Source: Eledone cirrhosa
Taxonomy: Eukaryota
Length of the DNA: 64,000 bases
NCBI GenBank assembly: GCA_964016885.1
Contig: OZ024741.1
Span: forward strand, 220,596,001-220,660,000
Direction of reading: 5' to 3'
Both the position numbers and the translations under genes were made by a program. Shown here piece by piece: positions 1 through 14,957 of the stretch. The notes beneath the pieces are model-generated. The model had not been told where the DNA came from and did not search any database. It saw only the letters and a program-made list of their open reading frames with translations. Numbering within the stretch: the stretch's first letter is position 1; each line of letters begins with the position of its first letter.

Positions 1-21
1 AGAAAAAGAAAATAATTCCCA

Positions 22-64
22 GTCACTGAAGAGGTCACAGGATGCGTGACGAAATAACTTTGAC
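22..64 (+). ncRNA. Minimal type I hammerhead ribozyme motif in a PLE 3' end (unit 1-217)
   Basis: gtca-CTGAAGA-gGTCAC aggatgc GTGAC-GAAA-taac-TT-tgac, with stems I and II paired. The unit ends tgaccctcccaaagtataacaa(TA)n, like the PLE end at 56341-56362. Confidence 0.75.
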
Positions 65-212
65 AATATATGAACAACCGTCCGGTTGTGGAACCAACCA
101 ACCAACCGAAAATTGATAATTTTTTAAAATTTATAATTTAATTTATAATAAATTGGAGTGAAAGCAACTGGTGCGTGTGTTTCTTATTGGCTACATGACC
201 CTCCCAAAGTAT

Positions 213-290
<78 letters not shown>

Positions 291-639
291 GTACATATAT
301 ATCAATCGATAAATGCATAGATCGATCGATGTATTACTACATTGAGGCATAGATAAGATAAACAAACACACAAACACATATTCCAATGACTGGAAACAGT
401 TAATTGATAAAATAAGATTATATACATACTGACATACATACGTATTTTCATATCGAATCCTCTCTCTTTCGGCCTTCCCCCGCTTCTCTCTTATATATAT
501 ATATGCTTTGGAAGCGCATTATTATAGTAATTGGCATTAGCGTCGAAGATAACTTTATTAGAGGATAGATTTGAGATTCTTTTTTCAACATTACTGACTA
601 TAGCATTTTTAACGTTAGTGGGGTGGTTAGATTTAACCA

Positions 640-951
<312 letters not shown>

Positions 952-1506
952 AAAGAGAGTGTTAAAATTTGCTTGAAGCATTGTGGAATAACAAAAATCG
1001 ACGTTTTGAAAGCCTCAACAATGCAGATGGGTAAATCTCCGAGTAACAGAATCTGGTGGTAGTGAGAGAGAGATGTAAGAGGAAGCATAGAAAGAGACGT
1101 AGAGAGCGTATATATATATACAATTTTTTTTCTTATGGAAAAGAATGACTTCACTTGTAGTTCTAAACAATTTAATTTTATAACATTATGATTTTATAAT
1201 TTGGTTTTGTAGATCTAAGTTGTTTGTTAACTTCGGTGGGGAGATTTTAAAGATTCCTGGTTAATTTTCCTGAAGAATTTTGTCGCATTCGTAGGCGGCG
1301 ATTGTCAAACTGCGATCAGGTTGTATTGTGATGTGTGACTCTATATATAAGAGAGATTTAGGTGTGTCTAGGGGTGGGGGTGTTAATGAATGGGGGAGTG
1401 AAGGAGTGTTGATGAAGATTTATATATATATACAGAAAATAGTGAATGGTAACAGGAAGATAATCAATATACCTAACTGTACCAAGGATTTCACACAGTT
1501 TCCAAT

Positions 1507-1622
<116 letters not shown>

Positions 1623-1740
1623 CAGCCTGACTCTTTTTAATATATAGTCAAATTCTACTAAAACTATAAAACTAGTGCTGTGTACTATGTTGAGTAATGG
1701 TCTAACTAGTTTTAAACAGGTTCTATCCTGATATATATAC

Positions 1741-1791
<51 letters not shown>

Positions 1792-2181
1792 TATATATAT
1801 ATATGGCTATTATATATTTGCATATTTAAATACTCTGGTTCCTTTTCTATCCATTTTCCCCGCGCCTTTTCCTATATCACACATAGATGTGTCTGTGTGT
1901 GTGAATGTCCTATAGAGGGATGCATTCCACCCGGCTTAGATGCCTATATGTGTATATCATATACCGCCTCGTACCACTCAATCAGGATCTAATAATTCGC
2001 GAATTTGATCATCTATCTATTTACCGTCTATCTACCCACCTCTGTCTCTCTGTATATATATGTACATATGGAAATAAATATTTTTCATATGTAAACGAAA
2101 CTTCTCGTTTTCTCTATTATATATATATACACGAGCTTCGAACTCATCAGGAAACAAACTCTCTTGCACAATATATATATA

Positions 2182-2336
<155 letters not shown>

Positions 2337-2476
2337 GTAATAATAATAAATTTGAAGACTAAAATGCAAAGAGGGCTCGATAAGGATAAATATATATCAA
2401 ATATATAAGAACTGTAGAGCAAATATTTAAGGGTGAAAGCACCGATTATTTGCTTAAACTTTAATCTGTTATTTTA

Positions 2477-2480
<4 letters not shown>
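2337..2480. repeat. Unclassified TA-flanked interspersed repeat (other copies 14034-14140, 39060-39160 reverse, 50273-50415, fragments 60085-60205)
   Basis: Recurrent agtaataataataaatttgaagactaaaatccaaagagggctcgataaggataaat motif. Confidence 0.7.
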
Positions 2481-2512
<32 letters not shown>

Positions 2513-3065
2513 CGAAGGAAGTGTGGTAAGGAACCAGATGGACCATAACGCACCAGAGTACTCAATACTTACGGTAGTAGAGTGGATAATAGCAAAATGT
2601 TCAAACCCCGACGGCAGAGCTTTGAGTTTTTCGAATATTAATAATTGTTTCTATTTTTGGCACAAGGCCAGCAATTATCCAGTACATTACTGGTACTTTA
2701 TTTTATCGACCCCGTAAGGATGAAAGCAAAGTTTTCGAAAATCTCAGATTACATTTATATATATATAAATCCTATAAAGTATGTCCATAGAATCATTTGA
2801 TAATATATATACACCACTTCCTCTCCCAATTAGCATAATCAACCACACAAAAAAACAATTAAACCAAGCTATAAGATTAAAAGGCATCTATGAAGAAATA
2901 GTAGATAAATAAACGACAACAATTTATTCGCGATCAACCGCTATAGAATATTTCCCCAACATTTCAATAGCACGTGGAAATCGATTAAATATACCGTCAA
3001 CCATACACAATTAGGTATAAAATTAAAGTTAGAAGAAAAAATGCATATACACATACCAAGATTAC

Positions 3066-3146
3066 GTTTCTACCCTTAGGGTTTCGTTCGCTTTCGGAAA
3101 TATCCTATCAAGGATAACTTCTCTAGCTTCGAACTCATCAGGAAAC
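3066..3146 (-). ncRNA. Canonical type I hammerhead ribozyme
   Basis: Minus strand: gtttc-CTGATGA-GTTCG...CGAAC-GAAA-CCCtaaGGG-TA-gaaac. All three stems pair. A decayed relative lies at about 2065-2170. Confidence 0.85.
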
Positions 3147-3174
3147 AAACTCACTTGGACAATATATATATATA

Positions 3175-3780
3175 TCATTGTATTCAGCCATGTAGAGCGA
3201 AATTTTCTTTTATATATATATATGTATGTATATATATAAATGAAAAGTATAGAAATTGTTGTAGCGAGAAGCTAACAGTATTCCATAACATATATGCGAC
3301 TATAGCGTCAAAATGGGAAAATAGATAACATAAGATATGGGAAAAATAATTCAAACTCAATTCAAAAAGAATCAAGATATAGATTTATCCAACAGAATTT
3401 AGAGAAATCCAGGGAAAAATCAATAGAGCCTTAACTCATGATAAAACAAAGTCTAAAGTACTCAACCTTCAATTTGGGACAACTTCAAATGCTCTGTATA
3501 GTCTTGAAAATACTATTTCACGAAAACTTTCAGTGGAGATGGTCACGGTTGGATTTCGTTCCTCAGCAGAGCTCAACATGGTAACCAAGGTCTCACTGGT
3601 AATATGCCAAAAAGGGAATTTAAAAGCAGACTAGTTTAACATCATGCGTGGTTATTAAAACAAACGCACATGTTGAAAAACAGGGCTGGTGACGTCAGAA
3701 TGAGACAAATGTTTGTTTACATGAAACAACAGTCAAAAACATTCCGAAAGAAAACTCTACAAAAGGAGTTCAGCAAAAAA
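3175..3780. repeat. TA-flanked interspersed repeat (copies 41498-41938, 37412-37590 reverse, 38296-38350 reverse)
   Basis: Long colinear similarity between 3235-3680 and 41498-41938. Confidence 0.7.
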
Positions 3781-4434
3781 CAATATCATCGCGAAAAAAT
3801 GGGGAGAAGAATACTGCAGGTTGCACATGGATAACATGTTATAAAATGAGTCCCTCATCAGTGATTGGCCAACGATCATAGATATTTCATTGCATTAAAA
3901 ATCATATACCTCACGTTGGTGCAATAATAACTAAATTAAGTTATATATATATATATATATAAGAAGTTATATATATATATATAAGAAGCAAAGAAAATTT
4001 CAGTGATATGAAAGATGTCCTGGTGGAAGTTCAGGTGTACTCCGGGCTGGTATCCAATTTCGGGGTGAAAATTCAATTTGAAAATCCAACATATATATAT
4101 ATTATATTGTCTGTCTGTCCTATCTCGCTATATATCTCACTATTTATTTAACTATCTCTTTCACTCTATCTATTTATCTCCCTCTCTATTTTTCTCTTAC
4201 GTGTAACTTTTCTTTCTGATCTTTTCTCTAATTATTGTTTATCTCTAATTATACATTAATAATTAACATTTGATCTTGTCGCCATCTTGATTTCGTCATA
4301 CTGTATTTACATTGCCCGAGGCCCAAGTTTGTGACCATTATTTTGACTGGGAATCTTCGAGATAAGATTAGTCACATATTACTTGGAAGCCTTTATCGAA
4401 GTCATTTTGTTTACTTCAATAAAACACAAGAGAT

Positions 4435-4467
<33 letters not shown>

Positions 4468-4478
4468 CACACACACAC

Positions 4479-4518
<40 letters not shown>

Positions 4519-4525
4519 GCACGCA

Positions 4526-4587
<62 letters not shown>

Positions 4588-4933
4588 CATACTTTGGAAA
4601 ATTAACAGAGGGGACAAGTCACCGAACGAAGATAAGGCAAATCAAAAGAATATTTTTAGGTGAAACCTTAAAAAATGTTTTTTTAATAAACATACAAACA
4701 AAAGACAGAACTTCAGGGCATCGGCCGTTCAGATGGAATTTAGCAGTTTCGACCCATACCAACGGTACTGCTGGTCCACCCGGGGTCACAGCGTCTGACA
4801 CAAGCCTAAACACTGCCCAGTTCAGTATAAGAAAACACTTTAACTTATAGCAATTAAGTTATAACTAGCATGCATAGGATTTTATGTGACGTCAGGGATT
4901 ATATTTTATATATATTATACAGGTATTATACTT

Positions 4934-5116
4934 TGGATTGGCAGTATCGGTGGAGTGTCGGACGCCATGCTTTCCAGCATAGTTACGTCCCTTTACGATC
5001 TGAGTTCAAATCCCGCCGAGGTTGACTTTGCCTTTCATCCTTACGGGGTCGATAAAATAAAGTACCAGTAATGCACTGGGTAATTGCTGGCCTTGTGCCT
5101 AAAGTAGAAACAATTA
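4934..5116 (+). mobile_element. tRNA-derived SINE (Meta-domain-like, octopus type)
   Basis: A box TGGCAGTATCGG, B box GAGTTCAAATCC, body ctttgcctttcatccttacggggtcgataaaataaagtaccag, tail gtagaaacaatta. Many copies in the window. Confidence 0.85.
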
Positions 5117-5117
5117 T

Positions 5118-5155
<38 letters not shown>

Positions 5156-5367
5156 AACAAGTTATTGTTATAGGTAATCCAGTTAGAGGTTGTGAGTACT
5201 CTGCGTCGAGGATAGTTTTAACGTACAGCTTTGTTTGACTCAACAAGATGTTTCCATAGTTAGGCAGCGAGTTCGCGGTAATTCTTATGCTGGTTATACT
5301 TGGAGTAATAATAGTGAAAGAATGAAGAGTAACATGGTTGGGTGTACAACAATGGGCTTTATTTCAA

Positions 5368-5478
5368 GTACTGACAATTGTTTCATTGATCAGGTGAGTC
5401 TAGAGGTCGCTAATCGCTTGAAGTTGCGTCACTCGATCTCCAATACATTATTTACCTCTGGTCAACACATCAGAGTAC
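5368..5478 (-). ncRNA. Hammerhead motif with long stem II (core A9 changed to T) in TA-flanked unit starting about 5150
   Basis: gtact-CTGATGT-GTTGA...TCAAT-GAAA-CAATTG-TC-agtac; palindromic stem III. Confidence 0.65.
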
Positions 5479-7337
5479 GTAGATATAAAAATAATTCACT
5501 CGAGGCAAGATATATATAGAAGAATAGCGTATAATCCAAACAATAACATCAATAATAAAATATATATGGTAAATAGGTAGAGAAGTTACAGATGTAAAAA
5601 GTAAGAAGTAAAAGATAAGATAGGATACATTAAAAAAGTAAGAAAATAAGAAAATGGAAAATGTAAAGAAATAAATAAGGATAAGTGAGAGCATGTAAGT
5701 ACAGAATATGTCTGTGGTGGTGGTGAGTAAGTGTTCTTATAAGGATTCTTTGGTGGGTTTAGTGCTAACATGAAAAGCCAAATTCGAAATATACATAGAT
5801 ACGTGTAGAGCCTGTCACCACGGAATTACATTCAGTATTATTACTGTCACATCTTTGCTTCAATTCTACAGTTTATTGTGCTTTGTAGTGCTTCATTCTC
5901 TCGAAATAGAAATTTATACTTTAGTGTTCTTTGTTCAATCACCTAGCCACATAAGAAAATAAACAAGACTCGACATTAATTATATATTTATTAACTAGCA
6001 GTACTACTAACACGGCGTGATATAGAATAAAGAGGTATATTGAACTATATATAATATGTTTGTGCATAATAAACAGATTGTATATGGAAATACGCTCAAT
6101 AAACGTATTGTGTATAGAAGTATATACAATATGTTTATATATCATTAACATATACTAGCATAAAAACCACCTCGTGGGTGGTTCTTTGCTAGCATATGTG
6201 GTATTACACTCTCCTCTGTAATCAGTAAAATAATCCATGATACATTTAAAAAAGACGATATCATATATAAACTGCATTAGAAGAAAATTAACGACGGATA
6301 TAAATGAATGTTTATATAAGCGTTCGTTAACCGGAAGTGTTGACATTTGAAAATTTTAAAGAAGTGCATCTTTAAATAAGCAATAAAATATATTTAATCA
6401 AGAGTTACGAAATTTAGTAGATAAATTATGTAATATTCATTCATTATTTATTCAAAGTACCAGTAATGTACTGGTTAATTGCTGGCCTTGTGCTAATAGT
6501 AGAAACAATTATTTATTCAAAGTAATCCAACTTATTTTACAAACGGGATAGAAAAATATATTCTGGACGCAATCACCACACTCCTTTCTTTATTATAGTT
6601 AAGATATGTCTCGTTGTGAGTATTTTAGGCTGTGATCATATTATAACTACACCAGTAACCATCTGAAAAGTGGTATTTCATGATCTTGTATCCGTCATCA
6701 GTGACGTATATTCGGTGCTATATTAAATAATCTAATAGTTTATATATGGAGCTTACAAATAATATTTACATCGCAATGGACACAGTTAAAGGTAAACAGG
6801 GAGACATGTAGAGTCGTTAAAACTATCAACAGTTTAAGTGTATCTACAACGAATAAACAAGGAATGGTTCATCTTTCAGGATTTTACAGTTTTTTTTTAC
6901 TCCAGTAAACAACATTTACTATATAATCTTTACATAAAAGAAACAATAAATTCGATATTTGGTTTTAAAACAAAATAAAAATAATATTTAAATAACAAAA
7001 CCATAATTGGTATTGGTATGTCTCTCTCTCATTCTCTCTCTTTCTCTCTCATGCCCTCTCTCTTTATCTCTCTTTATCTCTCTCTTTGTCTTTCTTTCTC
7101 TCTCTTTATCTTTTTTTCTCTCTCTCTTTGTCTTTCTCTCTCTCTCTCATACTCTCTCTCTCTTTCTCTCGCTTTTCTCTGCCGTTCTCTCTGTATATAT
7201 ATGTTTGCATACATATAATGTATGTGTGTGTGTGTATTTGTGCATGTATATGTACGTATGTATACGATTATGTATGTATATATATGTGTGTATACGTATA
7301 TATATGAATACAGGTGTATATTTGTATATAAATAGGA

Positions 7338-7394
<57 letters not shown>

Positions 7395-7563
7395 AAAAAT
7401 GGAGTGCTGCGTGGTTGCATATGGGTTACATATGAATAAAATTAGTCCTTCATCAGTGATCTTCCAACTTTCATTGGTATTTCATCGCTTTAAAAAGCAT
7501 ATACCTCTGGTTGGTGCGAGCAATAACTAAATAAAGTTATTATATATATATATTATATATATA

Positions 7564-7626
<63 letters not shown>

Positions 7627-7756
7627 AGCATATGAATACATGTGTATGTATTTATGTGTATATATGTATATGAATATATGTCTGTGTATATATATATATA
7701 TATATACATTTACATATATGAATACATGTGTATGTATAAGTATATATGTATGTATG

Positions 7757-7814
<58 letters not shown>

Positions 7815-8172
7815 CACACACACACACACGCACAAACATATATATATATATATATGTTTATATATATAATGCGTATAGGAATATATGTAGGACTCCAACG
7901 CAGTAACATGTTGTTAAATCAATGTATATCGGATTACAGCAAAACGGCGCCATTACTAATGGTTGTATTTTCTCAACCAACATTAGTGTATTTTTGTTAG
8001 AAAATCAGAACTGTTGAAACTCGTTGTTCCAATAGAAAAGCTAATAGCCTAAAATTGCCAACAGGTTTCTATGATTTCTATGCATCATGTATATATCTTA
8101 AATATGAAGAGAAAATCTACCTTAATATATGCGCGTGTGTATATGTATGTATATGTATATATATATATATAA

Positions 8173-8391
8173 AGGAACGATCGACTTTCGTCAAATCGGA
8201 CGGAGGAAACATTGTTTCCATCGGTTTTTCCAGTTGCTAATACTATCTATCGGTCGCAACTCCAGGTAGAAGGAGCAACGTGAAATAAAGTGTCTTGCTC
8301 AAGGATATAACGCATCGCCCGGTCCGAGAATCGAACTCACAACCTCACGATTGCGAATCAAATTCTCTAACCATTGAGCCACACGCCTTCA
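8173..8391 (-). mobile_element. tRNA-derived CORE-type SINE
   Basis: Minus strand gaaggcgtgtggctcaatggttagag...gagttcgattctcggaccgggcg...ccttgagcaagacactttatttcacgttgctcc. Full copy at 46219-46432; partial copies at 14707-14812 and 61087-61197. Confidence 0.8.
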
Positions 8392-8392
8392 C

Positions 8393-8792
8393 TATATATA
8401 TAAGTATTAATAAAATAGATGTTCTTTTGATCAATTACATTTTATTATACATATTTCGGATGTACAAAATTACGTCCTCATCAGACAAAATATAATGATA
8501 CATGACATAACCTGAGATGTTAAATGGTTAAGATTTAATCAAGGTAGTACCTTGATTAAATCTTAACCATTTAACATCTCAGGGTATGTCATGTATCATT
8601 ATATTTTGTCTGATGAGGACGTACTGTTGTACATCATAAATATGTATAATAAAATGTACTTGATCAAAAGTACATCTATGTTATTAATACTTATATATTA
8701 ATAACTCCTGAAAGTTATTTATCTCCGTTGAGTGCTTCCAATCTACTGTAAAACTCATTCTTTGACATAATTATCGAATATTGTTTAACATC

Positions 8793-8797
<5 letters not shown>
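8393..8797 (+). mobile_element. Fold-back PLE pLTR fragment carrying a hammerhead motif
   Basis: Inverted arms of about 150 bp centred at 8547; the right arm continues to (TA)n. The left arm (minus) reads CTGATGA-GGACGTA...TACATCC-GAAA-TATG-TA; the right arm has GAAA changed to TAAA. Confidence 0.75.
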
Positions 8798-8873
<76 letters not shown>

Positions 8874-9036
8874 ATATATGTATATATAAATATATATATA
8901 TATATATACATAGTTATATATATATTTATGTGTATATGCAGTATAATAAAACCACTTGTTGAACCCTAACCACAACATTTAGATTAAGCTATCTGTATTC
9001 TTCAAACCACTCTCTCCCATTTCTCCTACCCCTACA

Positions 9037-9074
<38 letters not shown>

Positions 9075-9076
9075 TA

Positions 9077-9169
<93 letters not shown>

Positions 9170-9229
9170 TCCTTTTCTACTCTATCTTCCCCAATTACTC
9201 CCTTTAAGAAACTATGATCCACCATATTA

Positions 9230-9332
9230 GTTCTGAAGAATTGGTGGTACGAACAGTATCTGCAAATTAATAACTACCAATTTGCATATAGCATGACTAG
9301 GGTGTGTAACTACTAAGGAAACATTTGTAAAC
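9230..9332 (+). ncRNA. Hammerhead motif with long stem II
   Basis: gtt-CTGAAGA-aTTGGTGGT...ACTACTAAg-GAAA-CATTTG-TA-aac. Confidence 0.6.
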
Positions 9333-9562
9333 ACTTGGAATTACCTTTTTATGATGTCTACCTGATTTATTAATCATTCTTTATCTACACTCCGGAATAT
9401 AGAAGAATCGGGAAACAAGTTTCTTTAACTGTTCTTTTGTAACTCGTTGAGTCACCCCTCACCGTATGTCGACTCTATCTAGTGTAGTAATTAACCATTA
9501 CTGCATTTGGGATAATCCTAAATGTAGTAATATAAATATAATATAAATATAAATATATATAT

Positions 9563-9651
<89 letters not shown>

Positions 9652-9729
9652 TGTATATATAAATATATGTGTATATATAAATATATATAAATATATATAT
9701 ATATAAATATATATAAATATATATATATG

Positions 9730-10669
<940 letters not shown>

Positions 10670-10905
10670 ACCTACCAAAATATACGGTAGTGTCCAATCC
10701 GTATGAAGAACTCAATGTAATCCAAATATCATGAAAAGAGAAGATACATTCAAAAATGTTTGATGAAAATCACAGGAAAACAGAGTCAAGATAAATTTAA
10801 AAAACATTTAATAAAAACGAAGAACAAGTTCCTTATATTAAATATATATGAATTTTTTAATATAAGGAAATTGTTCTTTGTTTTTATTCATTGTTTTTAT
10901 TAATT

Positions 10906-11030
<125 letters not shown>

Positions 11031-11177
11031 TATTTTCCGTTGTGTTGTAATATAAATATTACACACAGTAGATTATCAGCTCACGTAGAGTTTGCTCGAC
11101 GGTTCCAGTTGTAGTTCCAAAAGTAATCCGGAGAAAGATAGAAAGATTTGAATGGATACAGTTTAGTTGAAAGGAAT

Positions 11178-11294
11178 TTATTGACACGTGTTTCTATAAC
11201 AGTTACATAACCTAAAACAGCTATCTACAAACTTTTAGTTATGCAGACATTCAATATTTCAATGTTATTATTTACTGTCATTTCATCAGAATAA
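11178..11294 (-). ncRNA. Hammerhead motif in PLE pLTR
   Basis: tatt-CTGATGA-(about 90 nt)-GAAA-CACGTG-TC-aata. Confidence 0.65.
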
Positions 11295-11860
11295 TATTAC
11301 TGAGGACCTATTTAGTTTTTATAGAGAATATTAGGAGGGAGGGGTGAAGTTGTTAGAAGAATTGCTGAAGGAGTGGTTTTTCGATAGCAGTGAGAATTCT
11401 TGGTGGCAGTGAGTAATTAGATTCCCATCTGTTGTTTTGACATTTTTTATAGAATATATTATTGGTTATTTTTCTAAATCTATAGAAGGATTAGAGATAG
11501 TAAAGATATGCGTGGTTGGTTTTGTGTTTGCACTTAATTAACATTCAGACTTAAATTTTTCTTTCAAGTGTACGTATCCTTTCACCCACGCATTCACACA
11601 CAAATATATTTGCACACCTCTACAAAATACATATACTCACAATTCACATATTCATACTTACATATATATACACACATGCATACACATATATATACACACA
11701 TGTATTCATGTACATACATACGCGCTCATGTGTATACATTTTCATACTCAACTTATCTTTATATACACACGTATAGACACACACATATATACATACATAC
11801 TCTAGTCCATGTGTACACACATACACATACCTACACATCCATATACACATATATACATAC

Positions 11861-11934
<74 letters not shown>

Positions 11935-12254
11935 GTATATACACACATATACATATACACATATATACATATATATATATATATAAGCACTTTAATACAT
12001 GAATACACTTACATCTAACTATACACATCAAACATATATATATATTTACTTATTTACATACATTTTCACATATATATACATACTTATGGACGTTTTTAGA
12101 CACATTCATTATCGCATATTTGTACCTATTCTCATCAGCATATCTTTTCATTATTAGTATGGTAATTTAAGGTTATTAATATATGTTGAGAAGAGATTGT
12201 TTTTCTATTTTTCTAACTAGATTAAGGTTTATATAGTTGGGGGATGTCCCTCTT

Positions 12255-12990
12255 TTATGTAATATTCGGCTTGTAGTGGGAAAAAAGGGTTTTAGTTCTG
12301 TGACGGCAGAATAATGTTCGTTCAATTCTGTTATTCAGCAGTTTTTTCTTGTGTGTGATTATGTAATAAATCTCAAGATTACACAATTTGCAGAAATTTT
12401 GGCTCCTGGAAAAGCTTTGGGTTTTAGCTAATTTTTCCCATTTTAGGGTAAACTTTTGGTCGCTATCCCTGAGCGTCCAAGCTTTTTCTGCTAAAGTTGT
12501 TACATTTCTTTGGCTCTGGTGTTTTATTGAGTAAGAATGCCTATACAATCGAGATTTAAACGATGTTGCCGTTGATCCCACGTAATACCACTCGTTGCCT
12601 CCGGATTTAATGGTACACTTATAAATAATATTTTTTTCCAGGCAGTTATTGCCGAGGGGGCAGTTGTCAGGATAGGTGCAGTTACAGTTGTGTACGTTGG
12701 GTTTTCTCTGGAGTAGTATTGCGGACGAACTTAGGTGTGGTTTATTTATGTTCTGTAGTGTATTGTCTACTGTTTTTTTTTGTGTTCTTTGTACTTAAGT
12801 TCTTAGTGTTTTCGTTTAACCTTCTAGTATTCATCTTTTTTATGTGTTGTTCAAGGTTTAACGCTGTAGAGTATGACAGTCTTATAGTGGTAGGGTTTAG
12901 GATTTTGTGGTATTTGTGTGATGTGGGAAAATGTCTTTTAATTATTTTAAAGAAGAGTACTGGTAAATTTGTACTAATGGAGCTATTGTA
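12255..12990 (-). pseudogene. PLE linker plus GIY-YIG endonuclease remnant
   Basis: KRHFP..HKYHKILN..TIRLSYS; CNC.....CPL.NNCL..NIIYKC...YYVGSTATSFKSRL..H; CKLCNLE...LLNNRIE....CRH. Interrupted by a stop/frameshift. Confidence 0.8.
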
Positions 12991-13101
12991 TTGAATGTCT
13001 GCATAACTAAAAGTTTGTAGATAGCTGTTTTAGGTTATGTAACTGTTATAGAAACACGTGTCAATAAATTCCTTTCAACTAAACTGTATCCATTCAAATC
13101 T

Positions 13102-13144
<43 letters not shown>

Positions 13145-13161
13145 CATATATATATATATGT

Positions 13162-13232
<71 letters not shown>

Positions 13233-13272
13233 AACACACGCATATATATATGTATCTATTTATACAAACACA

Positions 13273-13312
<40 letters not shown>

Positions 13313-13352
13313 AATGCACGTATATATATGCCTATATATATATATAAGCACG

Positions 13353-13982
13353 TATATGTGTGTGTCCGCATGTATCTGTGTGTTTCTAAATATATTGTTC
13401 ATAACTCCCTCTGGTCGAGTAATCTTTGAAGTGTGGTGACTGCTGGAAAGCTGCCATTACTCATACTTCTCGCTTCCTTCACCACCTCTTCTACGGCTTC
13501 GATATAAATACCCCCTCCGCCTTCGTGGTATTTTCTTCGGGGTTATAAGAGGCTTAGCTCTGTTTCTCGACCGTTATATCGCGTGACTATCTCCCCCTCC
13601 GCCTTTTGGGATTCTTTCTCACGTCATGTAGACGCGTTCTTGAAGCTAGTAAAATGAGGTATCCTCTTGATAAGTCGGCAGACCTCGCAAAGGCTCTATA
13701 TCTTTATGATGTATTGTTTTTGTTTATGCCACGAAACTACGTAGTCGAGGAATCTAGGAGCAGTTTAGGTATGATACATTTTATTACTAATTATATCTAA
13801 ATGTTTCTTCTCTCTTCATAATGTATTTTTAACTCTGATACTGGTTCAGTCTAATTCAACCGGATTGGTCTGTCCCAGTCATTCATTGAGCATCATCGGT
13901 AAGGTTGGCACCATTAACTCACGGTTGGATGTGGATGCATTCATCTATATGTGTGTGTCCGCATATATCTGTGTGTTTCTAA

Positions 13983-13989
<7 letters not shown>
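13353..13989 (+). mobile_element. Non-coding HHR-bearing unit with ~40 bp terminal direct repeats
   Basis: tatgtgtgtgtccgcat.tatctgtgtgtttctaaatatatt occurs at both ends; HHR at 13663-13750. Confidence 0.6.
13663..13750 (+). ncRNA. Hammerhead with U3-A8 variant core
   Basis: cctc-TTGATAA-GTcGGC...GCCAC-GAAA-CTACGTAG-TC-gagg. Confidence 0.7.
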
Positions 13990-14037
<48 letters not shown>

Positions 14038-14417
14038 ATAATAATAAATTTGAAGACTAAAATCCAAAGAGGGATCGATGAGGATAAATATATATCAAAT
14101 ATATAAGAACCGTAGAGCAAATATTTATCAAAATATCAGATTATATATATATATATATATAAATATATATATATACATATATAAACGGAAAAAATGAAAC
14201 GAAATATCATTTCTCACATGTACGTATACATACTTATATTTAAGTAACAGCCGTATTATGAGGGAGAAATGAAATTTCGTTTCATTTTTTCCGTTTAACG
14301 TTTTCGGTGCGCCCGGCCGATTAACTCACTCGATATGCAAATTAGGCTGCTCAGCCGTTAATATGCACAAGGAAAGTATATACTTTCAGACGTTCAATCA
14401 TCTGGCAGGAAGGTATA

Positions 14418-14458
14418 CGTTGCTGACGATAGCTAATAAGCTTGAAACTAGTACACCG
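14418..14458 (+). ncRNA. Minimal hammerhead motif (unit about 14183-14660)
   Basis: cgttg-CTGACGA-tAGCTaataAGCTt-GAAA-CTAG-TA-caccg; second copy at 42188-42228. Confidence 0.75.
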
Positions 14459-14657
14459 TTCCTTTGTCAGTGTTGATCAAAAGGGAAACGATGGTTGCTA
14501 AACACTCTACGGCTTAATTTGGGATGTTTGTTTACAAACACACCGAGCATTATAATATATGTTCGGTAAATCCATACGTACATATATATATGTGTGCATG
14601 TATGTATATATATACATACTACTGTACGTCTGTATACATATATGTATGTACGTATAC

Positions 14658-14705
<48 letters not shown>

Positions 14706-14957
14706 CTAACGATCGACTTTCGTCAAATCGGACCGAGGAAACAATGTTTCCGTTGGTCTTTCCAATTGCTAATACTATCTATCGGTCGCAACTCCAGGTA
14801 GAAGGAGCAACGTATATATGGGATAATAAATTATCGTTATAGGTAATCCAGTTAGAGATTGTGAATACTTCGTATTGTGGATAGTTTCAGCATACGGCGT
14901 TGTTTGACTCAACAAGAGGTTTCCTTAGGTACCGAGTTTGCGAGTTCTCGGGAATTC

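Noticed and set aside
3545-3585. Possible HHR on the minus strand (CTGCTGA..GAAA), also at 41805-41835
   Set aside because: The core lacks A6, stem II is too short, and there is no convincing stem I or NUH.
4934-5020. tRNA gene
   Set aside because: The A/B boxes belong to a SINE head followed by the SINE body; no clean cloverleaf.
8393-8700. Palindromes as classical MITEs or miRNA hairpins
   Set aside because: The arms are asymmetric, turn points vary among most copies of a family, and the arms carry HHR cores. This fits PLE fold-backs better than TIR elements.
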